64,000 nt of DNA from Anaerolineae bacterium (GCA_051117475.1 JBNPEE010000032.1:5947-69946); one strand, 5' to 3'; counted from the stretch's first letter, positions 19,571 through 27,949 are shown. The notes: a model not told the origin generated them from the letters alone. Made by a program: numbers and translations.

Positions 19571-21219
19571 GACGTGACCTCACCCTCACCAATGACCTGT
19601 ACGTCGGGTTTGAGGCGGATCTGTGTTTGTACTGCGCCCAATGCCTCATTGAAGTTTTGCGCGGCTAATTCTAGTACGGTGTTAATATCTGTCGATGTTA
19701 GGAGCAAATTGCCGATCTGATTGGCTTTGCTCTCGCGTTGTGCCTGTGCTTGGTTTTGCTCAAATAGGCGCTTGTTTTCCAGCGCGAGCGAGAGCCGTTG
19801 TACCACGTTCTGGATGAGATCATGCTCGCGGGCGTTCAAGCTGTCATTGCCTGCCGGCAAACGGAAAGACATCGCGCCGATGGTCTGCTGGCGTAACTGG
19901 ATGGGCACACGTACCACTTGCTGATCGCCATCCTGCTCAACTGTGATGTCGCCGGTAGCGAGTGCGCTTTGAAGATCATTACCCATGCTGGTGGATTCGA
20001 CAGGCTCAGCAGTCAAAGAGGGCAGATCATAACCCAGATGTGATACGCCCAACTCTTTGAGATAGGTTGTCCAGCTCTCAGTTGTGGTCTGGCGCTCAGC
20101 ATCTTCATATTGGCGGATGCGTTGACGCTGGCGCTCAATTACAGCGTCTTGTTCTTGAATGTTCTGGCGCAAGTTGGTGATCAAGCGCGATTGTGCGAGT
20201 GATTGCCCCAGTTGTAACGCGACCATTTGCAGTGTTTGCAATTCTGTGGTCGCAAAGCTGTTTTGATCTTCACTCTGCACGTCAATGATGGCGATGACTT
20301 GCCCCTGTTGATCGGTGACAGGAATTGCCAGTGCGCCCCGCGTGCCGGTCAGCAGGTGCTGGCGCAGTAAGATGTCGTCACTCTCCTCAATTATCAGCGT
20401 TTCGCCACGGCGCATCGCTTCATGTAGACCACTACGTGTATCTAAAGTCAGTTTACTCTCGATGTTGATCTGTTGTAAGTTCAAGCCACTCTGGACACGT
20501 TGTACAATCTCCCCATTATCAACCATATAGACGCGGGCGAACGTGTAGCGCAATTGGTCGCGAATGATCGAGATGGTGGTGAAGATCGCACGGCGTTCAT
20601 CGCTCTCCTGACGTGTCGAGAGCGTGCCTTCGATGATTTGCTGTAGGCGGTTGCGCTCAGTGATGAACTGTGCCGCCGCCTGCTGAATCGTCGTGCCAAA
20701 CATGAATACCAGTACATTGAGGGTGAATAGCAAAATAGTTGCCGTGAAGAACTGCTCCGGTAGGTTGTTGTTGACCAGTGTTGGCCCTGTTAGCAAACCG
20801 ATGACTACCAGGAAGATCAGCACTGTAGAACGCCGTCCCAGCAACAGACCTGCGGTCACGATGGGCACGACGTAAGTCAATACCAGCACATCTGCAATCG
20901 TCTCTGCACTCCACAAGCCTAACGGTGAGATCAAACTCATGCCAAGGATGCCGAATGCCCCGATCCGGTAAAAGCCCTGACGCACCATCCCGAATAATAT
21001 CAATACCAGAAACGGGCTGAGTATGCCGAAAACGCTTGCAGTGTTCAGGTCAATTTCTGGCAGGGTATTGATGAACTGTGCCGTCAGAAAGACGGATGCA
21101 ATCACCGCAATGACAAAACCTGCCATCAAATATAGCAATAAGCTCCGCACCTGTTGCCATCTGATCGGGTCATCGTATGTCCCACGGGGTTGAGTGAGAG
21201 CGTATAATCTATTGAACAT
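19567..21219 (-). CDS. polytopic membrane GAF protein (paralog D), no output domain
   Basis: The preferred start is ATG 21219 (MFNRLYALTQ), with GGAGG 8 nt upstream. The longer ORF to 21393 would overlap the preceding gene by 185 nt. The protein has about 6 TM helices with a VRQGF motif, then a GAF-like domain, a coiled coil, the accessory module and the conserved C-terminal tail. Confidence 0.85.
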   Translation of the reverse strand: MFNRLYALTQPRGTYDDPIRWQQVRSLLLYLMAGFVIAVIASVFLTAQFINTLPEIDLNTASVFGILSPFLVLILFGMVRQGFYRIGAFGILGMSLISPLGLWSAETIADVLVLTYVVPIVTAGLLLGRRSTVLIFLVVIGLLTGPTLVNNNLPEQFFTATILLFTLNVLVFMFGTTIQQAAAQFITERNRLQQIIEGTLSTRQESDERRAIFTTISIIRDQLRYTFARVYMVDNGEIVQRVQSGLNLQQINIESKLTLDTRSGLHEAMRRGETLIIEESDDILLRQHLLTGTRGALAIPVTDQQGQVIAIIDVQSEDQNSFATTELQTLQMVALQLGQSLAQSRLITNLRQNIQEQDAVIERQRQRIRQYEDAERQTTTESWTTYLKELGVSHLGYDLPSLTAEPVESTSMGNDLQSALATGDITVEQDGDQQVVRVPIQLRQQTIGAMSFRLPAGNDSLNAREHDLIQNVVQRLSLALENKRLFEQNQAQAQRESKANQIGNLLLTSTDINTVLELAAQNFNEALGAVQTQIRLKPDVQVIGEGEVTS

Positions 21220-22903
21220 CCGCTTGACCTCCATTAGCATCTGCTGTGGACATTTGCTCTGTGTCGGGGGTGTCGTCCTGTATCGCCCCCAGGCGTATCG
21301 AAGCCTGTGATGCACCGAGCGTTTCGGCCAGCCCCTGTAAAGTGACACGCAACATCTCATCCACTGAATCCACTGCTTGATATTGCGATACAATCTCGTT
21401 CACGCGTTGTTCTTGCGCGGTGGCTTCGTTCGACTCTTCAAACAAACGAGCATTGTCGAGGCTGACCGCTAACCGTTGCGAGACGTTGCGTACCATGTCG
21501 GCCATATCATCTTGCTGTTGGTTGGAGCTCGTTTCGATCTCAATTGCGCCGATCACCTCACCGCGTAATTCAATCGGTACGGCTACTTTCCGTTTGTCCG
21601 CTTGCGTATCAATGATGGCGCGTCGGCGTTGGCTGGCGCTGACCATCTCCTCTGACCAATCCGCTGAGTTCGAGAATGTGTTGCCGGCTAAGGTCACGCC
21701 GTCAATGCGTCGATTGGAGCTTAAATACTCATCCCAGGCTTGTTTGGTCAACTGTCGATTGAGCCGCTGAATCTCGCGCAAGTTCATCTCTGAGTCGAGG
21801 AATAAGCGCTTGTTCTCTTCGATATTGCGCTCTTTATCTTCGAATAAACGTGCGTTGCGGATAGCAGTCGCAAGCTGGTTGGCAATCACTTTGAGCGCTT
21901 CGATCTCATTTTTGCTGAAGGCATCTGCCAGACGGCTCTGAATATCCACCACACCGATGATGCCGTTGTTATCGAGGATTGGAACAGCAAGCTCTGATCG
22001 GGTATACGGCAACAACTCGTTGAAGGCGCGTCCTTCACTGTCGCTGTCACGGGCGATGATGACCTCCTGCGATTGTGCGGAACGCCCTACCACGCTCTCA
22101 GGGTTGATTGCTAGCTGATGTTCACGGGCTAACATGCGCTCGCCGACTTCGCCTGTGCTGGCGTGTAAACGGGCATAGGTCAATTCAGGGTCAACCAGAA
22201 ATACGGACACATGATAGAATGCAAAGCGATCACGGATGATATCCACCACGCGCTCCAGCAAGGTGTCGAGATCGAGCATTTCCGAGACGGTGCGCCCAAT
22301 ATCGGCACTTGCCGCTAGCAAACGCGCTGAGCGCTGGGCTTCTAGCGTTGTTTCTTCCATCGTATTGATGACATAGCGTGCCATCAGGCTGATGACAATC
22401 GGCGCGAAGCCTAGCAACAGCGCCTGTGATGGATAGGCGTTCAACACGGCATTTTCACTTGTTGCGTTGATCGCAGTCACGCTGAACACGATTAATAAAT
22501 AGGCACTATTGAACACCCAGAACGCCAACGGACGCGATAAGAACGCGATCAACAGTGCGACCACACTCAACAAGAGATAAAGTGTGATGATCTCTTGAGT
22601 GGTGCTGTAGATTATGACAACGATTACCAGCGCAAAGCCACTGACGATTGTGCTCACTAGCTCGACCAGATAGCCCTGTCGGACTAAGATCAGCAAGCCC
22701 ACTGATAACACACTCGCGACCAGTGTGACAGATACCAGCTGATTGTTAGAGGAGGGTAGCGCGTTCGCTAATCCAGTAAGAAATAGGGCAGTACTCGCGA
22801 GCATCAGCACGCCTAATGCTGCTTGCAATAATCGTGCGCGAAGTCTCGAGATAATAGTCTCCGCGTCACGTTGATTGAGCGTTGAAGTCTTTTGGATTTG
22901 CAT
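21209..22903 (-). CDS. polytopic membrane GAF protein (paralog C), no output domain
   Basis: About 6 TM helices carry LILVRQGYLVE. The GAF signature is FYHVSVFLVDPELTYARLHASTGEVGERMLAREHQLAINPESVVG. The accessory module reads QAWDEYL...VAVPIELRGEVIGAIEIE...DNARLFEES, and the C-terminal tail ends in SIRLG. Confidence 0.88.
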   Translation of the reverse strand: MQIQKTSTLNQRDAETIISRLRARLLQAALGVLMLASTALFLTGLANALPSSNNQLVSVTLVASVLSVGLLILVRQGYLVELVSTIVSGFALVIVVIIYSTTQEIITLYLLLSVVALLIAFLSRPLAFWVFNSAYLLIVFSVTAINATSENAVLNAYPSQALLLGFAPIVISLMARYVINTMEETTLEAQRSARLLAASADIGRTVSEMLDLDTLLERVVDIIRDRFAFYHVSVFLVDPELTYARLHASTGEVGERMLAREHQLAINPESVVGRSAQSQEVIIARDSDSEGRAFNELLPYTRSELAVPILDNNGIIGVVDIQSRLADAFSKNEIEALKVIANQLATAIRNARLFEDKERNIEENKRLFLDSEMNLREIQRLNRQLTKQAWDEYLSSNRRIDGVTLAGNTFSNSADWSEEMVSASQRRRAIIDTQADKRKVAVPIELRGEVIGAIEIETSSNQQQDDMADMVRNVSQRLAVSLDNARLFEESNEATAQEQRVNEIVSQYQAVDSVDEMLRVTLQGLAETLGASQASIRLGAIQDDTPDTEQMSTADANGGQADVQ

Positions 22904-22908
22904 GTGGG

Positions 22909-24567
22909 TTAGCTATCCTTCCCATTGCTCTTGCTCGGGCGATCTGGTGCACCGAGGCGGATCATCACTTTTTCCGCACTGAGGGTATCGCCAATACTGC
23001 GGGCGGCTTCTGCCAATGTCGCTTCGACATTCTGCGCTGACTGGAAGCGACTGGTGATCTGGTTGATGAGCGTCTCGCGCTGTGCCGTGCGACGGCTTTC
23101 CTCGACCAGGCGCGTGTTCTCTGCTGCTAGCCCGAACCGTTCACTCACTTCAAGGAGCAGTTCCAAATCTTCCTGTGTAATGTGTTGCGCCTCGTCTAAC
23201 TCAAACTCCATCGCACCGACAACCTGCCCACGCACGCGCAATGGCACAGCGATCACATTATCCATCTGCACAATTTGATTCTGCTCGGTGGCATTTAGCA
23301 AGCCCTCTGTCCATGCGTGATAAGCCTCACTTTGGTTGGTGCTGAAATCAATGGCGATGCCTGGTTCTTCACCCATATGTTGAATATGCTCTGACCACGC
23401 TCGCCCGATCAAACGCTGGTTCAGGCGTTCTACTTCGCGCAATGCTGAACGAGTCTGTTCTGCTAAACGCTGATTTTCTTCAACCTGTGCTTGTGCCTGT
23501 TCAAATTGTTGAATGCTGTCAATCGCCAACGATAGACTGTTCGCTAATGATTGAAAGGTCAAGCGGTCATCTCTGTTGAGTTCGGTTAGCGTCTTACTCT
23601 GCAAATCGAGCGCACCGATGATGCGCGTGCCAACCCGCAAAGGGAAAGCGGCTTCTAATGTGGTATCAGGTAATAACTCATTGGTACGATGAACGCCGTC
23701 TTTTTCGCTACTGAGGGCGATGACCGGTTCACCGGTCAGCGTTGTTTGCCCGATCACGCTCAAACTGCCGACTGCTAGACTGTGTGACCGTTCGATCAGC
23801 TTCTGACCCGCCTCGCCCGTGCTGGCGCTCAAACGCGCTTGAATGCCGTCATTATCGAGCAAGAAGATCTGTGCATGATACATCTGCGGGTAGTTCTGGA
23901 GGATCAGTTGCAAGGTGGTGTTGAGCGCACTATCCAGAGATTGGCGCGTGGAAGCCTGTTGGGTGATGTACATGTTTACTTCTGCCAGTTTGATACGTTC
24001 CTGACTCTCTAGTGTTTGCCCTTTAATCTGGCTAGCCGCAACAAATTGATTATAGGCATAGACCATCAACCCGATCACCACATAAATTGTTGATAGGGTC
24101 AGGCGCACCGGCCATTCATAATTGCCTGTATCTAGGTAGCCGTTGATGGCGGGGAAGAGCAGTGTTTGCCCGATGGCAACAGCCCCGAATAGCACGATGC
24201 CAGGTGTCTCCAGCAAAAAACCACCCATGAGGATTAATAGCGCGACGTTCAGGATCTGGCGGGGCATCAGGATGCCGTCCGGTAAGTTAGCCGACACGCT
24301 GATGCTCGCCATGCCGATCAACAAAATCCAACTGCCCAGTTTAAAATAACCCTGTCGCACGAGGACATACACGCCCAGCGTGATCGCAATGCCGATGAAA
24401 GGCGCGATAGACGCAAGTGCAATCCCGGCAATGTTGCCGATGACAGATAGGATGAGCAACATAATAGTAACCATGAACAGCAAGCCGTAGACAATCGTCA
24501 CCCGTAAACGGTCACTGCGGTTACTGTAGGCGCTGGTGTTCAGGTAGAGATTGAGAAGCTGTTCCAT
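22909..24567 (-). CDS. polytopic membrane GAF protein (paralog B), no output domain
   Basis: About 6 TM helices carry YVLVRQGYFKL. The GAF signature is MYHAQIFLLDNDGIQARLSASTGEAGQKLIERSHSLAVGSLSVIG. The accessory module reads RAWSEHI...IAVPLRVRGQVVGAMEFE...ENTRLVEES, and the tail ends in MIRLG. The start is 2 nt after the upstream stop. Confidence 0.88.
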   Translation of the reverse strand: MEQLLNLYLNTSAYSNRSDRLRVTIVYGLLFMVTIMLLILSVIGNIAGIALASIAPFIGIAITLGVYVLVRQGYFKLGSWILLIGMASISVSANLPDGILMPRQILNVALLILMGGFLLETPGIVLFGAVAIGQTLLFPAINGYLDTGNYEWPVRLTLSTIYVVIGLMVYAYNQFVAASQIKGQTLESQERIKLAEVNMYITQQASTRQSLDSALNTTLQLILQNYPQMYHAQIFLLDNDGIQARLSASTGEAGQKLIERSHSLAVGSLSVIGQTTLTGEPVIALSSEKDGVHRTNELLPDTTLEAAFPLRVGTRIIGALDLQSKTLTELNRDDRLTFQSLANSLSLAIDSIQQFEQAQAQVEENQRLAEQTRSALREVERLNQRLIGRAWSEHIQHMGEEPGIAIDFSTNQSEAYHAWTEGLLNATEQNQIVQMDNVIAVPLRVRGQVVGAMEFELDEAQHITQEDLELLLEVSERFGLAAENTRLVEESRRTAQRETLINQITSRFQSAQNVEATLAEAARSIGDTLSAEKVMIRLGAPDRPSKSNGKDS

Positions 24568-24569
24568 AA

Positions 24570-26687
24570 TTATTGGTCTCCAACCGTTGGTGATGGTCTG
24601 ATGCCCAGACGAATCCGTGCTTTCTTGGCGCCGATAGCTTTGCCTAGCTCGTGCGCGGTGACGTTCAAGATATCATGGACGTCAATTTGCTCCTGTAGCT
24701 TGCCGATGATCTCGTTAGCCTGAGTTTTGTTGTGTGCCAGTCGTAAGCTCTGTGAGTAAGCATTCGCATTCGAGAGCGCAATCGCCAGCTGGTTTCCGAT
24801 CTGGCGTAAGGTGTTGGCATCAGTGGCATTGTAGTGATGCGCTTCTGCACTGCCAATTTCTAATATACCCAGCATCCCGTCTGCCAGCGAGAGCGGCATC
24901 ACCATCAGCGATTGTATGGCGCGTTGTTGTGGGTGTTTCCAGCTCCAATCTGTGTTCAGATCCGCAATGTGCACCAATTGTTTGTCGTTGAGCACTTGTT
25001 CGGCAATGGTGTTCTCACTCTGATCCATACGTTGCGCGGGTTGGATGATTTCACGCTCACCCTGTAAATATTGTGCGTGTTTGAACAAACTGGCGCTGTT
25101 TGGCTCGTATAACAAAACACCGAGGTAATCCACACTCAGCACATCTGGCGCGTAAGTCAGTGTGGTGCGTAAAATGTCCTCTTGCGAGAGATGTGCACGC
25201 AAGGCTTGCCCAAAATTAGTCAGGCGTTCGAGTTGTTGTGCTTTTTGCTGAGATTCGGATAACAACCGAACATTCTGTAAACTGAGCGCAATTTGCCCGA
25301 CGATGGTTTCGGCAGTGTCGATCACCCGTTGCTCAATCTGGGCTTGTTGGGTGTAATAATCCAGCCCGACACTGCCGATGAGCGCGTTGTTCTCATCAAA
25401 CATCGGGATCACAATCAAGGACTTAATGCCGACAGAGAGCAAATAATCCCGCGTGTTTTGTTCGAGTGCATCATAATTGGCAAGGTCTGTGATGATAAGT
25501 GCCTTACCGCTTTCCTCAATTATGCGGTCAATGGCGCTACCCGGTTCGATCTCATCACCAACGAGGTCTTGCGCAGGGGCTTCGCCGACGACGACGTTGC
25601 TATTGCCAGAGCGAATGATAATGCCGACATGATCAACACCTGTGATCTCATACAGCACATCAGCCGTCTGTTGTAAGATCGGCTGATCGATTTTGTGGCG
25701 GTTGGCTTGTGCGATGAGTTGGTTGAGCAAGCTCAGCACGCGCACCTGCTCATCGGAGCGTGACGCGCTCTGTTGTGTGCGTTCGAGCAGGCGTTGTCGC
25801 TCTACCACAATCGTGGCTTGATGCGCGATATTCTGATATAGCTCTTTCTCCAACGTCGTCGGCGCGAGTGACCGTGTGGTGTCACATAGGCAGATAAACG
25901 CTGTTAATCGCTGATCCAGCCACATCGGCATCACATACATGGATCGGATCTGTTGCGATTGCAACCAGACTTTCGCGTCATCGGTGAAGCGCGCTTCCTG
26001 TTGCACGTCGGTGAGCAACACTTCGCCGACTTCCAACAACAGCGTGTGCAATTCCCGCACCGCCGAGAGGTTGATATTCATCTTCAAATCGGTCTGATAG
26101 GCATTATGGCGGTTTGCTGTGCCGATCACACGCCCCCCCACAACCTGATCATCGTAGTCGTATTCAAATAAGTTCATGCTGACGAATTGTTGTTTCTGCA
26201 CGATATTCTCAGCGATTACCTGCGCCACATCACTCAAAGATGCGACCATGCTCAGTTTGCCCGTTGTCGCAATCTGTTTGTGCAATAGGTCTTGTACTTG
26301 TTGGGTATAAACCAGCAAGCTGAGATCCAGCGCGAGATCGGCTAAGGTATCTTGCTCAATTGTGCCGGTGATGACTAATAACGCAAATGGTGCTTGCTGA
26401 TAAATCAGCGGAGCGATCCATTGCTGAACGGCGTGGTCTTCGATAATCATCTGCTCATCGAGTGCCTGTTGCCAGAGTGCATCGGGCTCAAGGGAAATGA
26501 ACACGCCATCACGGTGTGTACTCTGTTCGCCGTGCCACAGCATCACCCCACCCGGTGCAATGCGGAATACTTCCGCCCCGCGCACCATCTCCAATTCACC
26601 GACAATCTGTGCCAGCGCTCGATCCAATAATTGTTCAGGCGTATGGATGTCCGCTTGGGTTTGCAAACCACGCAATGTCAAAGTCAT
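24570..26687 (-). CDS. soluble multi-GAF protein (about four GAF-like modules), no TM and no output domain
   Basis: 705-aa ORF with no obvious hydrophobic helices. Repeated GAF-like terminal helices are present (IVVERQRLLERTQ, ALSLQNVRLLSESQ, AIALSNANAYSQS). It has the same 51-residue C-terminal tail, ending in RIRLG. Confidence 0.82.
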   Translation of the reverse strand: MTLTLRGLQTQADIHTPEQLLDRALAQIVGELEMVRGAEVFRIAPGGVMLWHGEQSTHRDGVFISLEPDALWQQALDEQMIIEDHAVQQWIAPLIYQQAPFALLVITGTIEQDTLADLALDLSLLVYTQQVQDLLHKQIATTGKLSMVASLSDVAQVIAENIVQKQQFVSMNLFEYDYDDQVVGGRVIGTANRHNAYQTDLKMNINLSAVRELHTLLLEVGEVLLTDVQQEARFTDDAKVWLQSQQIRSMYVMPMWLDQRLTAFICLCDTTRSLAPTTLEKELYQNIAHQATIVVERQRLLERTQQSASRSDEQVRVLSLLNQLIAQANRHKIDQPILQQTADVLYEITGVDHVGIIIRSGNSNVVVGEAPAQDLVGDEIEPGSAIDRIIEESGKALIITDLANYDALEQNTRDYLLSVGIKSLIVIPMFDENNALIGSVGLDYYTQQAQIEQRVIDTAETIVGQIALSLQNVRLLSESQQKAQQLERLTNFGQALRAHLSQEDILRTTLTYAPDVLSVDYLGVLLYEPNSASLFKHAQYLQGEREIIQPAQRMDQSENTIAEQVLNDKQLVHIADLNTDWSWKHPQQRAIQSLMVMPLSLADGMLGILEIGSAEAHHYNATDANTLRQIGNQLAIALSNANAYSQSLRLAHNKTQANEIIGKLQEQIDVHDILNVTAHELGKAIGAKKARIRLGIRPSPTVGDQ

Positions 26688-26719
26688 ATGAGTATTTGCT
26701 CCTGCTTAAAAGGCTGAAT

Positions 26720-27142
26720 TCACTGCCATTCCCACACTTGTTCACCAGCGAGCAAGCGTTTGATTTGATCGGGGAAACGGTCAGGATCGAGTGGCTTACC
26801 CAGAAAACCATCAAAACCGCTCTTCTGAGCGCGACGCATCTGATCTTCGCTCGCTTCGGCGGTCACAGCACACACGATGGTATCTTGCAACTTCGGGTTC
26901 GAGCGTACTTTTTGTAATGCCTGATAGCCATCTTCGTAGGGCAAGCGAATATCCATCAAGATCAAATCGATGCGTGGCAAGGTCTCGGCAAATTGTACCA
27001 CCTGCCAACCGGACGTCTTCCATTCACAGCGTTGCACACCCATGAATGCTAACATCCGTGCAATCAGAACAAAATTCGGGACATTATCCTCAACAACTAG
27101 CACATGTGCTTCGTTCGGTTCAATAGCGTTTAATTTTGACAT
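26720..27142 (-). CDS. single-domain response regulator (receiver only)
   Basis: Receiver motifs HVLVVEDN, DLILMDIRLPYEDG, VCAVTAEA and LGKP are present. Length is 140 aa with no output domain. AGGAAG precedes the ATG. Confidence 0.9.
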   Translation of the reverse strand: MSKLNAIEPNEAHVLVVEDNVPNFVLIARMLAFMGVQRCEWKTSGWQVVQFAETLPRIDLILMDIRLPYEDGYQALQKVRSNPKLQDTIVCAVTAEASEDQMRRAQKSGFDGFLGKPLDPDRFPDQIKRLLAGEQVWEWQ

Positions 27143-27154
27143 GACTTCCTTTAC

Positions 27155-27514
27155 CTAGAGATACTGTGATAATTCCTCAACAAAAGTATCAACTTCTATC
27201 GGTTTGCTGATATACCCGTCACAACCCGCTTCGAGGATCATCTCACGATCTCCATGCATAGCATTGGCGGTGAGGGCGATAATGGTCAGATTAGCAATGC
27301 CTGGAATGGCACGAATGCGATTCGTTGCTTCCAACCCATTCATATCCGGCATCGCAATATCCATCAAGATTAAATCCGGCGGGTTGCTCTCAGCCATGTT
27401 AATACCATCCTGAGCATTGTCAGCTTCTTCCATCTCAAAGCCTTCCGCTGCCAGAATTCGTTTAACCAACAAACGGTTGGCAAAATCGTCATCAATATAC
27501 AGAATACGTGGCAT
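27155..27514 (-). CDS. single-domain response regulator (CheY-like receiver only)
   Basis: The preferred start is ATG 27514 (MPRILYIDDD), with GGAGG 6 nt upstream. Receiver motifs are DLILMDIAMPDMNG, IIALTANA and ISKP. The 21-codon upstream extension in the ORF track lacks support. Confidence 0.9.
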   Translation of the reverse strand: MPRILYIDDDFANRLLVKRILAAEGFEMEEADNAQDGINMAESNPPDLILMDIAMPDMNGLEATNRIRAIPGIANLTIIALTANAMHGDREMILEAGCDGYISKPIEVDTFVEELSQYL

Positions 27515-27949
27515 GATAATCCTCCTACTGTTACTGATGGGACAGGTGATCATACACGTCCAGCAACAGTCGCCCATTCGTGGACTGTTTACTCACTCCA
27601 TTATAGTATAGTCGTCGAATACGGTTCTCAGCATAAACGTTTTGTCAATCTCTCAATTATAGGGGGCTTAAAAAGTTCCTTGCCACCTTCTGCTGGCAAT
27701 TTCTAACCTAAAATAACCTCTATACTGACCATTTTCCTGTGTGGCGGGTACGATAGCACCATACAGAAACCTCTATTCTATTGTAAGCAGATTTTCTAAT
27801 GGTGCTCAAGCATGTGTGTGGTTGGTTGAGGATTTATGTTAGTTTTTGATGATGATCGGCTAACCCTCCGTAGCACACCGCAACAGTCAGTGCTAAGATG
27901 AAGCTGTGAGTTATATACAATTAATTTGATAACCCTAGGGAGTTTTCTG

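Noticed and set aside
21220-21393. A 58-codon N-terminal extension of the 19567-21393 ORF in the supplied track.
   Set aside because: The extension overlaps the 3' end of the preceding gene by 185 nt and has a W/R/C-rich composition typical of an out-of-frame read. The internal ATG at 21219 has a GGAGG Shine-Dalgarno 8 nt upstream and begins a sequence colinear with paralogs B and C.
8910-26687. Recurrent DNA strings such as GCGTTCTCAATCGC and GCATTCTCAATCGC, considered as possible dispersed DNA repeats or REP elements.
   Set aside because: They always encode the conserved AIENARL-type helix at the ends of GAF modules, in frame. Similarity decays at synonymous positions, so this is protein-level conservation and not a nucleotide repeat element.
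17276-26687. The possibility that the five output-less GAF genes are fragments of one decayed giant gene (pseudogenisation or fission).
   Set aside because: Each has its own start codon, most with a Shine-Dalgarno motif or stop/start coupling. Four begin with their own membrane domains. All end with the same precisely conserved 51-residue tail followed by a stop. This is not what random frameshifts or nonsense decay would give.
27515-27577. A 21-codon extension (MGDCCWTCMITCPISNSRRII) of the first response regulator.
   Set aside because: Receivers begin a few residues before the first beta-strand (ILYIDDD). ATG 27514 has GGAGG 6 nt upstream. The extension is Cys/Trp-rich and has no ribosome-binding site.
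27578-27949. The 370-bp region upstream of the GAF operon, examined for a riboswitch, a sigma54 promoter or repeats. It includes the TTGCCA-N8-TGGCAA hairpin at 27682-27701 and the 66-aa ORF at 27796-27996 (-).
   Set aside because: I recognised no known riboswitch consensus. The TATAAT-like hexamers lack convincing -35 partners at proper spacing. The ORF has no RBS and overlaps the cyclophilin start. The region is left unannotated apart from being the presumed operon promoter region.
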